From Squalus acanthias (lineage: Eukaryota), in assembly GCA_030390025.1 (NCBI GenBank), contig CM059432.1:83764001-83828000 (forward strand): a stretch of 64,000 nt of DNA. Direction: 5' to 3'. Both the position numbers and the translations under genes were made by a program. Positions 24,876-38,486 of this stretch are shown in pieces; the first letter of the stretch is position 1; each line of letters opens with the position of its first letter. The notes beneath the pieces are model-generated. The model did no database searches. It saw only the letters and a program-made list of their open reading frames with translations, and was not told where the DNA came from.

Positions 24876-27599
24876 TGGTGCTAATGTCTATCCCTTTCTC
24901 TCTTTTTAAACAATGGTACAATGTTAGCAGTCCTCCAGCACCACACCTGTAGCCAGAGAGGATTGAAAAATAATGGTCAGAGCCTCTGAAATTTCCTCCC
25001 TTGCTTCACTTAACAGCCTGGGTTACATTTAATCTGGGCTTGGCAATTTATCTACTTTCAAAGATGCTAAACCCCTTAATACTTCTCTTCTCTCACAACG
25101 TTTATCTCATCTAATATTTCAGACTCCTCCTTAACTACAATGTCTGCACCGTCCCTCTCTTTTGTGAAGACAGGCACAAAGTATTCATTAAGAACCATAC
25201 CCACTTCATCTGCTGCCACACAAGCTTCTTTTTGGTCTCTAATAGGCCCTACTCTTTCTTTAGTTATCCTCTTCCTCTTTATGTATTTATAAAACATCTT
25301 TGGGTTTTCCTTGCCAATATTTTTTCATGCCCTCTCTTCACTTTCCTAATTTCCTTTTTTAATGTCACCCCTGTACTTTCTATACTCCTCTAGGCTTTCT
25401 GCAGAATTTAGCTCTTGGTATCTGACATAAGCTTCCCTTTTTTGCCTTATCCTACCTTGTATGCCCCTCGACATCAAGGGGGTTCTAGATTTGGGAGTCC
25501 CACCCTTTTCCTTTGTGGGAACATATTTTTTCTGAACTCTCACTATCTCCTCCTTAAATGCCTCCCACTGCTCTGACGCGGATTTACCTTCAAGTAGCTG
25601 TTTCCAGTCCACTTTTGCGAAGTCACTTCTCAGCTTAGTAAAATTGGCCTTTTCCCCAATTGAGAACTTTTATTCCCGATCTATCTTTGACCTTTTCCCA
25701 TAACTACGCTAAATCTAACTGAATTATAATCACTACCACCAAAATGCTCTCCCCACTGATACCCCTTCCACCTGCCCAGCTTCATTCCCTAAAACTAAGT
25801 CCAGAACCACCCCTTCTCTTGGGCTTGCTACGTACTGGCTAAAAAAGTTCTCCTGAATGCATTTGAAGAATTCTGTGCCCTCTATACCTTTTACACTGAT
25901 TCTATCCCAGTTAATATTAGGGTAATTAAAATCCCCAACTATTACTGCCCTGTTGTTTTTGCACCTTAGAAATTTGCCTGCATATTTACTCTTGTATCTC
26001 TCTCTAACTATTTGGGGATTTTTAGTACACTCCCAGCAGTGTAATTTCCCCTTTTTTGTTCTTCAACCCATACTGCCTCATTTGATAATCCTTCTAACAT
26101 ACCATCCCTCCTCACAGCTGTAATTGTTTCTTTAACCGATATTGCAATCCCTCTCTATCTTGTCTGAAAACCCTGTAACCAGGAATGTTGAGCTGCCATT
26201 CCAATCCCTTCTTTCAGCCATGTTTTAGTAATAGCTATGATCTCATACTTCCACATGTCTATCTGTGCCCTCACCTCATCTGCCTTATTCACTAGACTCC
26301 TTGGCATTGAAGTATACACCATTTAGCACTGTCAAACCCCTTTGTTGTCTATTTTCTAGCCTTTCATTATCGGTTTTACTCCAGCAGACAACAAGGGAGG
26401 GGAAAAAAAAACACAACACGTCGAAAAATACAACAACAAAAAATCAACAAGCATTCAAACTCACAGACTAATTTTCTGCCTTCCATTTCCAGCTTTGCTT
26501 CTCTCCTTTCTGAATCTACACTCAGGTTCCCATCCCCCTGCCAAGCTAGTTTAAACCCTCACCAACAGCACTAGCAAACTTCCCCTCGAGGATATTGGCC
26601 CTGGCCCTGTTGAGGTGCAACCTGTTCGGCTTGCACAGGTCCCACTTCCCCCAGAACCGGTCCCAATGCCTCAGGAATCTAAAGCCCTCCCTCCTGCACC
26701 ATCTCTCCAGCCACGCATTCATCTGCTCTATTCTCTTATTTCTGTACTCACTAGCGCGTGGCACCGGGAGTAATCTGGAGATTACTACCTTTGAGGCCCT
26801 GCTTATTAATCACTTTCCTAGCTCCCTAAAATCTGCCTACAGGACCTCATCCCTCTTCTACCTATGTCATTGGTACCGATATGGACCACGACCTCTGGCT
26901 GTTCACCCTCCCCCCTCAGAATGCCCTGCAGCCACTCAGTGACATCCTTGATCCTGGCACCAGGGAGGCAACATACCATCCTGGAGTCACGTCTGCAGAA
27001 ACGCCTGTCTGTTCTCTAACTATTGAATCCCTGATTACTATTGCTTTTCCAACCTTCCTCCTTCCCCCTCCGCCGCCCCCCCCCCCCCCACCCCATGGTG
27101 AGCCACCCATGGTGCTGTGGACTTGGCTCTGGCTGTACTCCCCAGTGGAACCATCGCCCTCACCAGTGTTCAGAACAGAAAGTTGGAGAGCAAGATGCAC
27201 TCAGGGGTCTCCTGCACTACCTGCCTGGTCCTCCTTGTCGGTCTGGCGGTCACCCATTCCCTCTCCGTCTGAAAACTCTTAAGTTGCGGCGTGACCACTT
27301 CTTGAAACATGCTATCCACGAAGCTCTCAGCCTCGCGGATGCACTGCAGGGACACCAGCTGCTGCTTAAGCTTCAAAACCGAGAGCTCGAACTCCTCCAG
27401 CTGACAACACCTCCTGCATATGTGGTTGTCCAGGACATGAGAAGTATCCTGGATTTCCCACATGGCACAGAATATGCATTCGATAGGACTGAGGTGCCCT
27501 GCCATGCCTCTATTTAATAGATTACTAACTAAACTTTAGTTTAATCCACTGACCTAACTTAGAGAAAAAAGACAAAAATGTACTCAGGTTTAACAGGAA

Positions 27600-30500
27600 C
27601 CTTCTTCTCCTTCTTCTTCTTAGGCAGTCCCTCGGAACTGAGGATGACTTGCTTCCACATTAAAAATGAGTTCGCAGGTGACTGATGAGTCCAATGCGGG
27701 ACCTACAGTCTCTGTCTCAGGTGGGACAGACGGTGGTTGAAGGGGCAGGTGGGTGGGGTGCTTGGGTTGACGTGCGCTCCTTGCACTGCCTGCGCTTGGC
27801 TTCCGCTTGCTCCCGGCGACGAGACTCGAGGTATTCGGCGCCTTCCCGGATGCTTCTCCTCCACTTTGTGCGATCTTGGGCCAGGGATTCCCAGGTGTTG
27901 GTGGGGATGTTACACTTTTTCAAGGAGGCTTTGAGGGTGTCCTTGAAGCATTTCCTCTGCCCACCTGGGGCTCTCTTGCCGTGCCGGAGCTCCAAGTAGA
28001 GCGCTTGTTTTGGGAGTCTCGTATTGGGCATGCGGACAATGTGACCCGTCCATCGGAGCTGATCGAGCGTGGTCAAAGCTTCGATGCTGGGGATGTTGGC
28101 CTGAGCAAGAACACTGACGTTGGTGCGCCTATCCTGCCAATGGATTTGCAGGATCTTGCGGAGGCAGCGTTGGTGGTACCTCTCCAGTGCTTTGAGGTGC
28201 CTGCTGTACATGGTCCATGTCTCTGAGGCATACAGCAGGGCGGGTATTACTACTGCTCTGTAGACCATGAGCTTAGTGCCGGGTTTGAAGTCCTGGTCTT
28301 CAAACACTCTCTTCCTCAGGCTAACGGAAGGCTGCACTGGCACACTGAAGGCGGTGTTGGACTTCGTCGTCGACGTCTGCCCTTGTTGACAGTAGGCTCC
28401 CGAGGTATGGAAAGTGGTCCACGTTGTCCAAGGCCTTGTCGTGGATTTTGATAATCGGGGGGCAGTACTGTGTGGCGGGGGCAGGTTGGTAGAGGACCTT
28501 TGTCTTACGGATGTTTAGTGTAAGGCCCATGCTCTCGTATGCTTCAGTGAAGGTGTTGACGATGGTTTGGAGTTCGACCTCCGAGTGAGCGCAGACGCAA
28601 GCGTCGTCTGCATACTGTAATTCGACGACAGAGGATGGGACGACCTTGGATCTGGACTGGAGGCGACGGAGGTTGAACAGTTTCCCGTTTGTTCTGTAAA
28701 TTAGCTCCACTCCAGCGGGGAGCTTACTGAGGGTGAGATGGAGCATTGCAGCAAGGAAGATCGAGAAGAGCGTTGGTGCGATGACACAGTCTTGCTTGAC
28801 CCCGGTCCGTACATGAATTGGGTTTGTGGTGGAACCGTTGGTCAGGATCACGGCTTGCATGTCATGGTGAAGCTGGCGGAGGATGGTGACAAACTTTTGA
28901 GGGCAGCCGAATTTGCGGAGGACACTCCATAATCCCTCACGGTTGACAGTGTCAAAGGCCTTTGTGAGATCAAAGAAGACCATGTACAGCAGTTGATGCT
29001 GTTCCCTGCATTTCTCTTGTAATTGACGTGCGGTGAAGATCATGTCCATTGTGCCCCTTAGTGGGCGGAATCCGCATTGTGACTCTGGAAGGAGCTCTTC
29101 AGCCACTGGGAGAAGGCGATTGAGGAGGATTCTTGCGATGACTTTCCCTGTGGCAGACAGCAGGGAAACTCCTCTGTAATTACCGCAATCAGACTTGTCA
29201 CCTTTCTTGAAGATGGTCACAATTACGGCATCTCTGAGATCCCCTGGCATGCTCTCCTCCTTCCATATAAGAGAAATGAGTTCATGAATTCACGCCAATA
29301 GTGCTTCTCCGCCATGCTTTAGTGCCTCGGCGGGGATTCCATCTGCTCCTGAGGCCTTGTTGTTCTTCAGTTGTCGGATGGCCTTTTCAACCCCATGACG
29401 GGCTGGGGTTGTGCTGAGATGGTGGCGGGTAGCATGCTGCGGGATGGAGTTAAGGACACTCGCGTCGAAGACAGAGTCATGGTTAAGGAGATCTTTGAAA
29501 TGCTCCTTCCAGTGGGCACTGACAGCCTCTCTGTCCTTGATGAGTACCTCTCCGTTCTTGGCCCGCAGTGGGGTAGGGCCTTGGGTGCTTGGGCACGTCG
29601 TGGTTGTCGGCTAGCTGCTGATCTCCTGCGCTTTCTCCACCCACCATCTGTTCTTTAGGTCACGAGTTTTTTGTTGGACCTCGGCCTTCAGGCGTCTGTA
29701 GAGCTGCTTTCTTGCTCTCGAGTTCTGTTGCTGTTTCCAGATCAGGAATGCCTTGCGCTTGCGGCTTATTAGCTCCTGGATCTCCTGGTCATTCTCGTCG
29801 AACCAGTCTTGGTGTTTCCTGGTCGAGAGACTGAGCGTCTCTTCACAGGTGCTGATTATGGAGGCCTTGAGTGCCGACCAGGCGCTGTGGACACTCTGTG
29901 TCTCTGCATCACTGCGAGTCGTCAGGTTGTTTCTGAGGTGCAGGCTGAATAGGGCTTTCTTAGCGGGGTCTTTGAGTGCTCCAGCGTTAATTTTCCTGCG
30001 GCATTGTTTCTGTTGCCGCCGCTGTTTTGGGGCTACATTGATGGAGTTGACAGAGCGGATTAGGCGGTGGTCTGTTCAGCAGTCGTCAGCTCCTGTCATG
30101 GCGCGGGTGATGCAGACGTCCTTGCGGTCCCTCGCTCGGACGATGACGTAGTCCAGCAGATGCCAGTGCTTGGAGCGAGGGTGCTGCCATGAAGCCTTGT
30201 ACTTGTCTCTCTGACGGAACAAGGTGTTGGTTATGAGAAGGCCATGTTCTAAGCATTTCGACAGGAGGAGGGTACCGTTGGAGTTGGCTTTCCCTACCCC
30301 CTCTCTGCCGATCACACCTCCCCAGAGGTCTGTGTCCTTTCCAACTCTGGCGTTAAAGTCTCCAAGGAGGATCAGCTTGTCGCCCGTTGGGACTCGGGAC
30401 AGGGATTGTTCGAGGCTGGAGTAGAATTCCTCTTTGGTCTCGTCTGTGGCTTCCAGTGTTGGGGCGTACGCACTGATGACCATAGCGCACTGGTTCCGGG

Positions 30501-30892
30501 TTAGGGTGAGCCGAAGAGTCATGAGGCGCTTGTTTATACCGCTAGAGGAGGCTCTGAGACGTCCAACTAGTTCATTTTTTATGGCGAAGCCTACCCCATG
30601 GAGGCGGCGTTCTTCTTCAGGTTTGCCTTTCCAGAAGAAGGTGTAGCCACTGCCTTGCTCCTTGAGCTGGCCTTCCCCTGCCCACCGGGTCTCACTTAGG
30701 GCGGCGATGTCAATGTCGAAACGTCTGAGCTCCCGGGCAACGATAGCAGTACGACGTTCCGGTCTGTCACTGTTGGGGTTGTCCATGAGGGTCCCGAACT
30801 TCAATTTAAAGGGTGGAAGATGCCTGTGCGTGAATTCTTTTAACGTGGGGTAGCCGTTGCACACCAGCTACCACACGGGCTTGACAGAGCAA
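27600..30892 (-). mobile_element. RTE-clade LINE, near full length (APE endonuclease + RT)
   Basis: DIAALSETR, YAPT, LGDFNARVG (EN); DLTKAFD, GVKQ, YADD (RT); (GAA)n tail; stop at 30076-30078 and a frameshift near 28321-28343. Confidence 0.95.
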
Positions 30893-31689
30893 GAACCACA
30901 GAGATACTAAACACAAAGAAACTATATAGTAGACATCTAGATACATAACTTAGAGTCCTCCTTTTGAGTTGGACGTGAGAAACCGCCTTCCTCCTCTCCA
31001 CCAATTCCTCCTTTCACCAAATTCTTCCACTCCGATTGCAAGTTACCCAGCTCTGTCTCCAAGCTCTGTGCTATTGTAAGCTAGTGCCTAATTTATACCT
31101 TTTGAGAGTCAAACAAGTTACAACTGCTTAATCAGCTTCTAGCTCACAGCATTTACCACCTAATCAAGCACTTACAGCCGATAGTTGTTAACTGCGAACT
31201 GCCACTGACCTTGCGGTTTCTTTTATGGTACAAGACCAAGCTAAATTCCAATCTGATGATTACTTACCTAACTTACCTTATAACTACCAGTGAATTCTTC
31301 CTCTCCACCAATTCCTATTATCACCAAATTCTTCCACTCTGCTTGTGATCTACTCCAATTGCAATTTGCCCAGCTCTGTCCTCAAGCTCTTTCTTTCTTT
31401 CCAGTTTGAACATTTTCTTTCTTGGGGGACCTGTCCATGATATTGGATTCATGGTTGGCCCTTTAAAAGTTGCTGCCTCACCAGAGTTTCCACGCTTCAG
31501 CTAATTGTGTTACAGTCCAAGCTCTCTGGGGAAGCTTTTTACAGGCCTGTTGTCTATTCGTATTAATGGAAGGAACTCCTGCTGGAAGATCTGGTGCATT
31601 TTCCCACCCCCGAGCTGCCAGCCTGTGTTATGGGCCAGCTCAAGCCTCTGTCAGCAAGATTCGGAAAATCAGGGCTGGGGTCAACATAC

Positions 31690-31739
31690 AGGGAGAAGTA
31701 GAGACAATACAAAAATACTCCTGCTATTAATTGTGTTAT
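31690..31739 (-). CDS. Candidate exon 7 (ITQLIAGVFLYCLYFS)
   Basis: Acceptor ccctttttcag|, phase 0; donor CT|GTATGT (phase 2). Confidence 0.35.
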
Positions 31740-31863
31740 CTGAAAAAGGGCTATAATGGGCATCATAAATTAACATCTAATACCAGCATTTTGTTTGAAA
31801 CTGATGTTTGAATATATTTGCAATTTACTAAACAAATGCCACTATTTGAACAGAGAAACCAAC

Positions 31864-31931
31864 TGCAAACAAGGAATCATTCAGTGATTGCAAATCTCTC
31901 ATTTGCACAATTTTTTCCCCAAGTGTGTTGA
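31864..31931 (-). CDS. Candidate exon 6 (VNTLGEKIVQMRDLQSLNDSLFA)
   Basis: Good acceptor tttattttcttaccctcag|, phase 1; donor GCA|GTTGGT is uncertain. Confidence 0.35.
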
Positions 31932-32647
31932 CTGAGGGTAAGAAAATAAATGGATCGGTGTAATGATGATAGCTCCTGTGTTGCACAGAGTGGTCAGTGG
32001 GGAATGCTGAAGGTGAAAGTGTGACACGCACAATGGTTTGATGTTTGGTGGAAAGGTTATAAACCAGTGTATTCAACATCAGACCTCGGCTTCCTGCCAG
32101 TAGTTTTGGGGAGAAGTTGAGAGGAAGTGGATTAGACTCATTACAGAGGTGTGGACAGGCCCTCGTAAGAGAAGGAAATCAATCAGAAAGTTGAGAGCCT
32201 CCCTCCAGAAGGAAAAATAAAATATCTGTGTGATGGTAAGAGTTCAGCAGGAGAGGAAGAGAAGAAAGGTCAGTGGGTGTAAGAGTCAAACAGGTGAGGC
32301 AACAAGAGACACTTGTATATAAATACTTGTTGTTGTTGTTGTTGGGGAACAAATAGCTAAATACCTGTTCATTGTCATAACTAATCAAGAAAAGTCTGTT
32401 CATCACCTGGCAACCATATCTTAAATTGGGTTTTCCAAAGTTTGGGAAGTGACATTGGTATCTTAATCGTGATTAACTGGGCGTTCATCAATCCCATTTG
32501 TAGAATCTAGCTACGCATAAAAGATCTGCATCATTTGCCTTTATAACAATAGTTCAAATTAATCCATTGTGTGAAATGCTTTGAAATATTTCTGAGAGGC
32601 GATAAGGCGCTATGCAAATAAAAATCTTTCTTTTAATAAGACACTTT

Positions 32648-33538
32648 GGGGTAGAAATTAGGTCGCGCCCCATTTGGGGCGCAAATATCGTCTGGACGCA
32701 AATATTAGCGCCTGGCGCTAATTATCGGCACTGACAGGAAACTTCACTTTTACCGCCCCGGGAGGTGAGTGGAGCGCTAAATCAGGCGCTGCACACCTGT
32801 CTTAAGGCGCAAAGGCCAAGGAGTGAGGCGCTAACTCAGAGCGCTGGCGAAGCTCATGTACTGTCAGTCAGCAATGGAACACACACACAATGGCACGGGC
32901 CAGTTCTTAAAGGGGATGGTTAATCTTGCTTTCCATCCACATCCTGTTCATTGCAGCCTTGAATCTCGGCCTGGAGAGACTTGCACATCAAATGTGCTGG
33001 AAAGTACAATGGAGAGTACCAGGCAAAGAGCTCAGAGTGCAGCTCCCACAGTCTCTGCTAAATCGATACAAGGAATGGCAAATCAAAATGAACCTGCAAA
33101 GTGCTGCTCAGTACCCAAAACTCCTTCACACAACGTTGAATCTCTCCAGAAGTCTCTCCCTCTCTCTCTCAGAATGCGTAGTTCAAAAATGCCACCAACA
33201 ATAAAAGACAGGAAGAGGCCCCCTTAAATAGCGCCACCCCCAGCCCCACAGCGATTGATAGCGTTCCAGTCTTCTGGTTGTTGGAAGCGCCAGGCGGTAA
33301 GGCAGGGGGCGCCACTCAATTTCCGCTCCGGGGCGCCACAAGGGCGTTGCACCATGGAATGACGTCATAATCTGCGCGCGCAGGTGGTGCAGCGGTAAGT
33401 TTTAGCACCGCCGCACAATCTCAAGTTAAGTTCTCGAGCGGCGCAAACATCGCTGCGCCCGGGCGTTAGCGGCTTTGCGCCCCATTAGCGCCCTCTTAAG
33501 GCGCTAACGGGAGGCGCAACCAAGTGAATTTTTACCCC
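32648..33538. mobile_element. CpG-rich Harbinger-type MITE
   Basis: GGGGTAGAAATT / AATTTTTACCCC termini; flanks TTT/TTA; subterminal blocks shared with 60338-61050. Confidence 0.75.
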
Positions 33539-33819
33539 TTAAAGTTGGAACTGAATATTTGTTTCAAAATTAAACAATTATTCAGAACAAATAGTTATCA
33601 GGCCCACGATTTTCTGACTGGCACTCTCTGCGAATGGTGCTTCTGATTGGAAGCGCCTGATTGGGGAATCAGCCTTTAGATTCCATGTGAATTTTTAGTA
33701 GGGTGAGTGAAGATACACGGCCAGGTGAAGGCTGGGGATGTAAAGAACACTGTTCTACTTCCTGGGCATTGATGGTAAGCAATTAAAGTGCATTCTTAAA
33801 AGGTGTGGCTGCCTCCTCT

Positions 33820-34030
33820 TACTTTGCTGGATGTGGTAAGGCTATTAAACATTTTCCAGTACTGTGTCATCGTGTGTGGGGTTATGGAGTTTGCATTTAT
33901 ATCCCTGGCCACTTCTTGTCACTGTTGCTGTGTTGCTCTCTTCTCAGGCTTGCGCTGTTTAGAAACAAACAGGGCGCCCCGCCGTTGTCTAACTTCTGAT
34001 AGTTGCACTTTCATATCTTTATCAGAACAT
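33820..34030 (-). mobile_element. Relic Myb/SANT-like (Harbinger ORF) coding segment
   Basis: RCSDKDMKVQLSEVRQRRGALF...QQ*QEVARDINANS...TMTQYWKMFNSL, then donor GTAAGA; the conserved Trp is mutated to TGA. Confidence 0.7.
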
Positions 34031-34322
34031 CTGCCCTCCAGCTGACCTCACAGATGTTGCGTCATAACAAAAGTTGCAACTTTTCTTCAGCAACAAATTC
34101 TCATGTGCTGGGTTCTTTACATTCTACAACAGCATGCAATTTCCCTCCCTCTCCAAAATGGAGCTCGACAGAATTAATAAAATTAGGCTGAGTCTGAAAG
34201 TACAGCAGAGTCAGCCCACTTGATGTCAGGTAGGTGCAAATGGTGCCGTATCATATTTCTGCTTGGGTTTTCCTCCAAGTAGAAACTCTCGGCTAAAATT
34301 TAAAATCAATTGAAGACAGACT

Positions 34323-34905
34323 GGGGTGAAATTTGACCTCATTGCACCCAGTATCCAGATGGAAAACTGGGGCTGAGAGGTCCAATTTAGGGGGCCAACC
34401 TCCCACGCCAGAACAGCATTGGAGACATGTCCAATGCCATATTGGTCAAGGCATCCTTGATGGTCACCTAGAATAGACACTCGGCCCCTTGAATATGCTA
34501 ATAAGGTGCCTATGCCTATTTTAGGACCCATCCTGGAAATTCATTTACCTTGAGTATATACGGGGCCCAACCAGTCCTCAAAGGGACTGCTGCCGGCCGC
34601 CACCAAAATAGTAAGTTTTTAAAAATACCTACCTCAATGTGGAGCTGGGAGGAGCTGAAGTGCTCCACCGAGCTCCTTAGCGGTACCGCACTCACAACCC
34701 CCCCGCCCCCCCCCCCCCCCCCCCGTTCTCTTGATCCCACACCCGGAATTAGCTTGGGACTGGCATTGGTGAGGCAGGCAGCCTGAAACTGAAGGAGACC
34801 AGAGCAGTGAGCTGCCTCTGAAGGGGAACATGTGCCAGTAGCTCGCCTGAAATATTAAGATGGGGCCTGAGGACCAATTTGGGGTGGTCCTAGGGCTGGC
34901 CTCTT
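34323..34905. mobile_element. Degenerate Harbinger-type non-autonomous element fragment
   Basis: Starts GGGGTGAAATTT; shares motifs with ~38300-38480 and ~47430-47880. Confidence 0.4.
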
Positions 34906-35214
34906 CCAGCACCTGCTGGGGGATTTACTCCACCTTGTACACACACATATTTTAGATGCAACAGTGAACAAAACTCAGCTCCTTCCATGCATAAGGTAAA
35001 TCTGAATGTTCGGCACAAGTTTATATCAGCAAATGTGCTAATACAACAAGGAGGAAATCTCTGTTCAGTAAGTGCAGTTAGGCAAACGTACAGACACTGA
35101 GATTTGTTGTCTTGCTGAATCTTTTTGAGGGAAAGGATATTGCTACACCTTCCAATTGAATTTGTTGTCCAGAACAAAATATGTTCTTTACCTGGTGCCC
35201 TTGCCACTGAACTT

Positions 35215-35590
35215 AATATCCACCCCCTCCACCATTGCATGGTTGTGGCTGCAATATATACTATCTACAGGATGCACGAGCTTACTTAAATATCTCTTCC
35301 CAGTCCTGTGACCTCTATGACCAAAAACTAGCATTGTCATGGGAACATCATCACCTGAAAGATCTCCAAGGCTCAGACCATACTGGCTTGGACATGTCCC
35401 ACCATTCCTTCATCGTCTCTGGCTCAATATCCTGGAATTCTCTACCTAACACCATCGTCGGAGCAACATCCCCACATGGACTGCAGCAGTTCAAGAGAGG
35501 GTTCCCCATCACCATCTCAGGGTAACTCGGGCAATAAATGCAGCCTTGCCAGCGTCTCCCACGTCCCGAGAAAAAAATAGCAAAAAAAAG
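35215..35590 (+). mobile_element. Old Crack/CR1-group LINE 3' fragment
   Basis: SFIVSGSISWNSLPNTIVG; GGGCAATAAATG plus A tail. Confidence 0.8.
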
Positions 35591-37576
35591 TTGAGGCTAA
35601 AGGTAGGAAAAGCCAGGAAAGCCAAAGATGTATAACAAATACGGACTTCCACTGTCATTCCCTGCCTGGAGATTCTGCTGTACATCATTCACTTGACAAC
35701 AATGCTCCATCTGTATAGTCTTTTTTTCTCGAGCCTTATGCTGTCCAAAATGCTAGTTTTCTTTTGTTCTCAAAAAACAAACCCAACACAGAAAACTTAA
35801 ATAGATGTCTGAGTACAGACAGACTGGAGAGTTATACAGATTAATGAAGGAAATTCCAACGGTTTAAATGATACCGAATTTTGAAGTTTTAACTTTTACT
35901 CCAGTAGCAGGTTATTAAACAAAAGCAGCTGCAATAGTATTGTGGCTTTTCAAACCTAATAGAAATACATTAACTCATTAAGATCAAAAGAACAAGAGAG
36001 ACTAGAAATATATGAAGAGAAATGGTATGGATTACTATAAATACATTGATGTGTTCCACAGTACTAAATAACTTTATTAACTCCACTTTCTACAAACTAG
36101 CATTTTTGGGGGTGTAGTAAGTCTAATATAATTATAATAGAATTTCATATCTGAAGTAAAAATGAATACCAGCACTGATCATTAAAAATTACTGAACTTC
36201 ATATGATGACGGATACTGAGCCTAAACTTTTTGTACACTGTTACATGTAAAAAATCCTTAAAATGGACTTTTCTTACTGTTCAGCGTGTATGCACTGTTT
36301 AGTAATTGCCAAAGGGAAGGTGTGTGAAGAATGGCATACTGTATATTGTCTGTTTAAAGGCCTAAAGGGGAGGCAATGGTTTCCTGTAGCGTAAATTCCC
36401 AGCGCTCGTCTGTAACCAGGTACACAAAGCTTCTTTTAACTCTCATGAAATAAGCGGTGAGATGAAACCTGCCCACTGATGGTTAACAGATCTGTCCCTG
36501 AAGACTCTGCTTCTCAGAATACAGAGTTTGTTTACACTCTCTGAAGCTTTTAGCATTTTCAGCATCTGAGAGGATTTGGCAGATAGCCACGATGGTGATT
36601 ACAATATTCCCAAGCCAAAAATGTCAGTTCCTTTTTTTTCTGACCGCCCAGTAAACACGATGTCTACTGTCTCAACATTCACTGCAGTAATAAAGCCCCA
36701 ATCTGTATATGATATATATGTTTGAATAAGATTATGTTATATTTTGAAGCTTTTATATTAAGGAAGAACTGAATTCATGCATGGTGTTTAACTTTAAAAT
36801 CATATAAGGCCTAAATATTTTAATATAAAAAATATATGGATGATAAGGTCCAAGTGATCAATTTAAAGAATTTGTGATAATCTATCAAGCAAAATGGCAA
36901 TGTTACTGTCACCCAGATACTTCTTTCATGCAGTTGTACAATTTCGGGCACATGTGGTTCACTCTTATAGTTTTGTTACATTTTAATTGTTCTATTTTAT
37001 ATTTTTAACTTTAACTTGCTTAACCTTATAAGTTTTTGCACGTATCTGTTTGTCCTTGTGGAAACTGAAAATGCACCTGATATAATTAGTTTATTTGTAC
37101 ATTGCCCCCAACGTAAACAGTTACATTGCATTGCATTGCAAGAGAATGAATCCAGTTCTTCCGTTCAGTCATTGAATGTTTCTTAGTCTGACAACTTTAT
37201 TTATGACACAAAAGTTCTCAATATTAATTTTACTATGAGCTGTGGGAACTTGGCATTTTTGATAAGATTGGAAAGATATTTCTTCTTCCTCACATTGCAT
37301 TCCACTGATAAACACTCCTGCCCCTCAGGCTTTTATTTCATCTCCTTAATAGTCTGGTCTGTGAGAGGATTTTCATTGTGCTTGTTACCTACTATGCTTG
37401 CTCTGTACACAGGATGTGTGGCCCCACACAAATATGGAAGATGCAAGATGACAACTATCATTGGTCAGTGATGTATTAGGAACATGTGCCACATTGTTAT
37501 CATCTCAAGAGCATTTGCTGCCATTTAGCATCTCTCTTCAATTCATTCTACAGGTCACCTGGTTCTAAGACATGAT

Positions 37577-37693
37577 GGGGGTGAAATTGGTCTTCAGCAG
37601 TAGCACAAAATGGGCGACAGCAAATTAGCAGCCTCTTTTACACTGCCCAATTTTCTTTTCCATTGAAGTCAATGGAAGACCAATTTAATTCCC
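37577..37693. mobile_element. Short hairpin-type MITE
   Basis: GGGGTGAAATTGGTCTT ... AAGACCAATTT; internal palindrome TTCCATTGAAGTCAATGGAA. Confidence 0.55.
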
Positions 37694-37719
37694 AACATTT
37701 CTCCATATTGTACTCACCA

Positions 37720-38235
37720 TAGAAGTTTATTATACAGAAGGTCATTTGGCCCATTGTGTCTGTGCTGGCTCTTTGCTAGAGCAATCTAAAACTAATCTCA
37801 CTGCATCACACTCTCACATGGTCTTGTATCTTTCACTGCTTCAAATATTTATCCACTTTTTCCTTAAAGGATGCAATAATTTCTGCTTCAAATATTCTCT
37901 GTGGTAAAACAGTCCATGCTCCAACAATCCTATGTGAAGAAATTTCTCCTAATCTCCCTTATTACTCTCTTCGTGATCATTTAAAATTGATAATCCCTTG
38001 TCGCTGACTTGACAACCAGAGGAAGTGGACTTTCTTCATTCACACTATCAAAACCTGTATTAAATCTCTACTTAGTGTTCTCTGCTCCAGTGGAAAAGGT
38101 TCCAGTTTCTCAAGTTTCTTCTCATAACTATAGTTTCCCATCCTGAGCATTATCCTGTTGAATATATGCTTTATACTTTCAATGGTGTTAGTGTCCTTTC
38201 TACAATGGGGTGCCCAAGACTGCACAAATTACTGC
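37720..38235 (-). mobile_element. Old CR1 3' fragment
   Basis: YSYEKKLEKLEPFPLEQRTLSRDLI. Confidence 0.8.
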
Positions 38236-38486
38236 TGAAAGCTTTCATCACAATCTCCTCTCTGCTGTGTCCCTCATCCTCATGGACACTTAGAACAGGA
38301 GCTCAAAATCTACAAAGGGAGGGTGGGGATCTCAGCATAAGTGCCTGAATGTGCCGGGACCTCCATCTTTGACCCCATCAAAGTTCACAGAATTGGGGGA
38401 TGGTCCCTTAATCAGCATGCAAATGGCAAACCTCCATTCCACTGGGGGTCCATCTAGGGTACCCACTTTTCCCCAGAGATCACATT

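Larger units (their letters stand above)
23180..31390 (-). mobile_element. Near full-length degenerate CR1 LINE (5'UTR, ORF1, ORF2) with nested insertions
   Basis: ORF1 at 26546-27505: CxxC..CxxC, leucine zipper and SGNH esterase-like part (NAWLERWCRREGFRF). ORF2 fragments at 23180-26540 (FADD, DFSKAFDKVPH). ~80-bp direct repeats at ~30990-31070 and ~31300-31390 probably belong to the 5'UTR; the 5' boundary is approximate. Confidence 0.85.
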
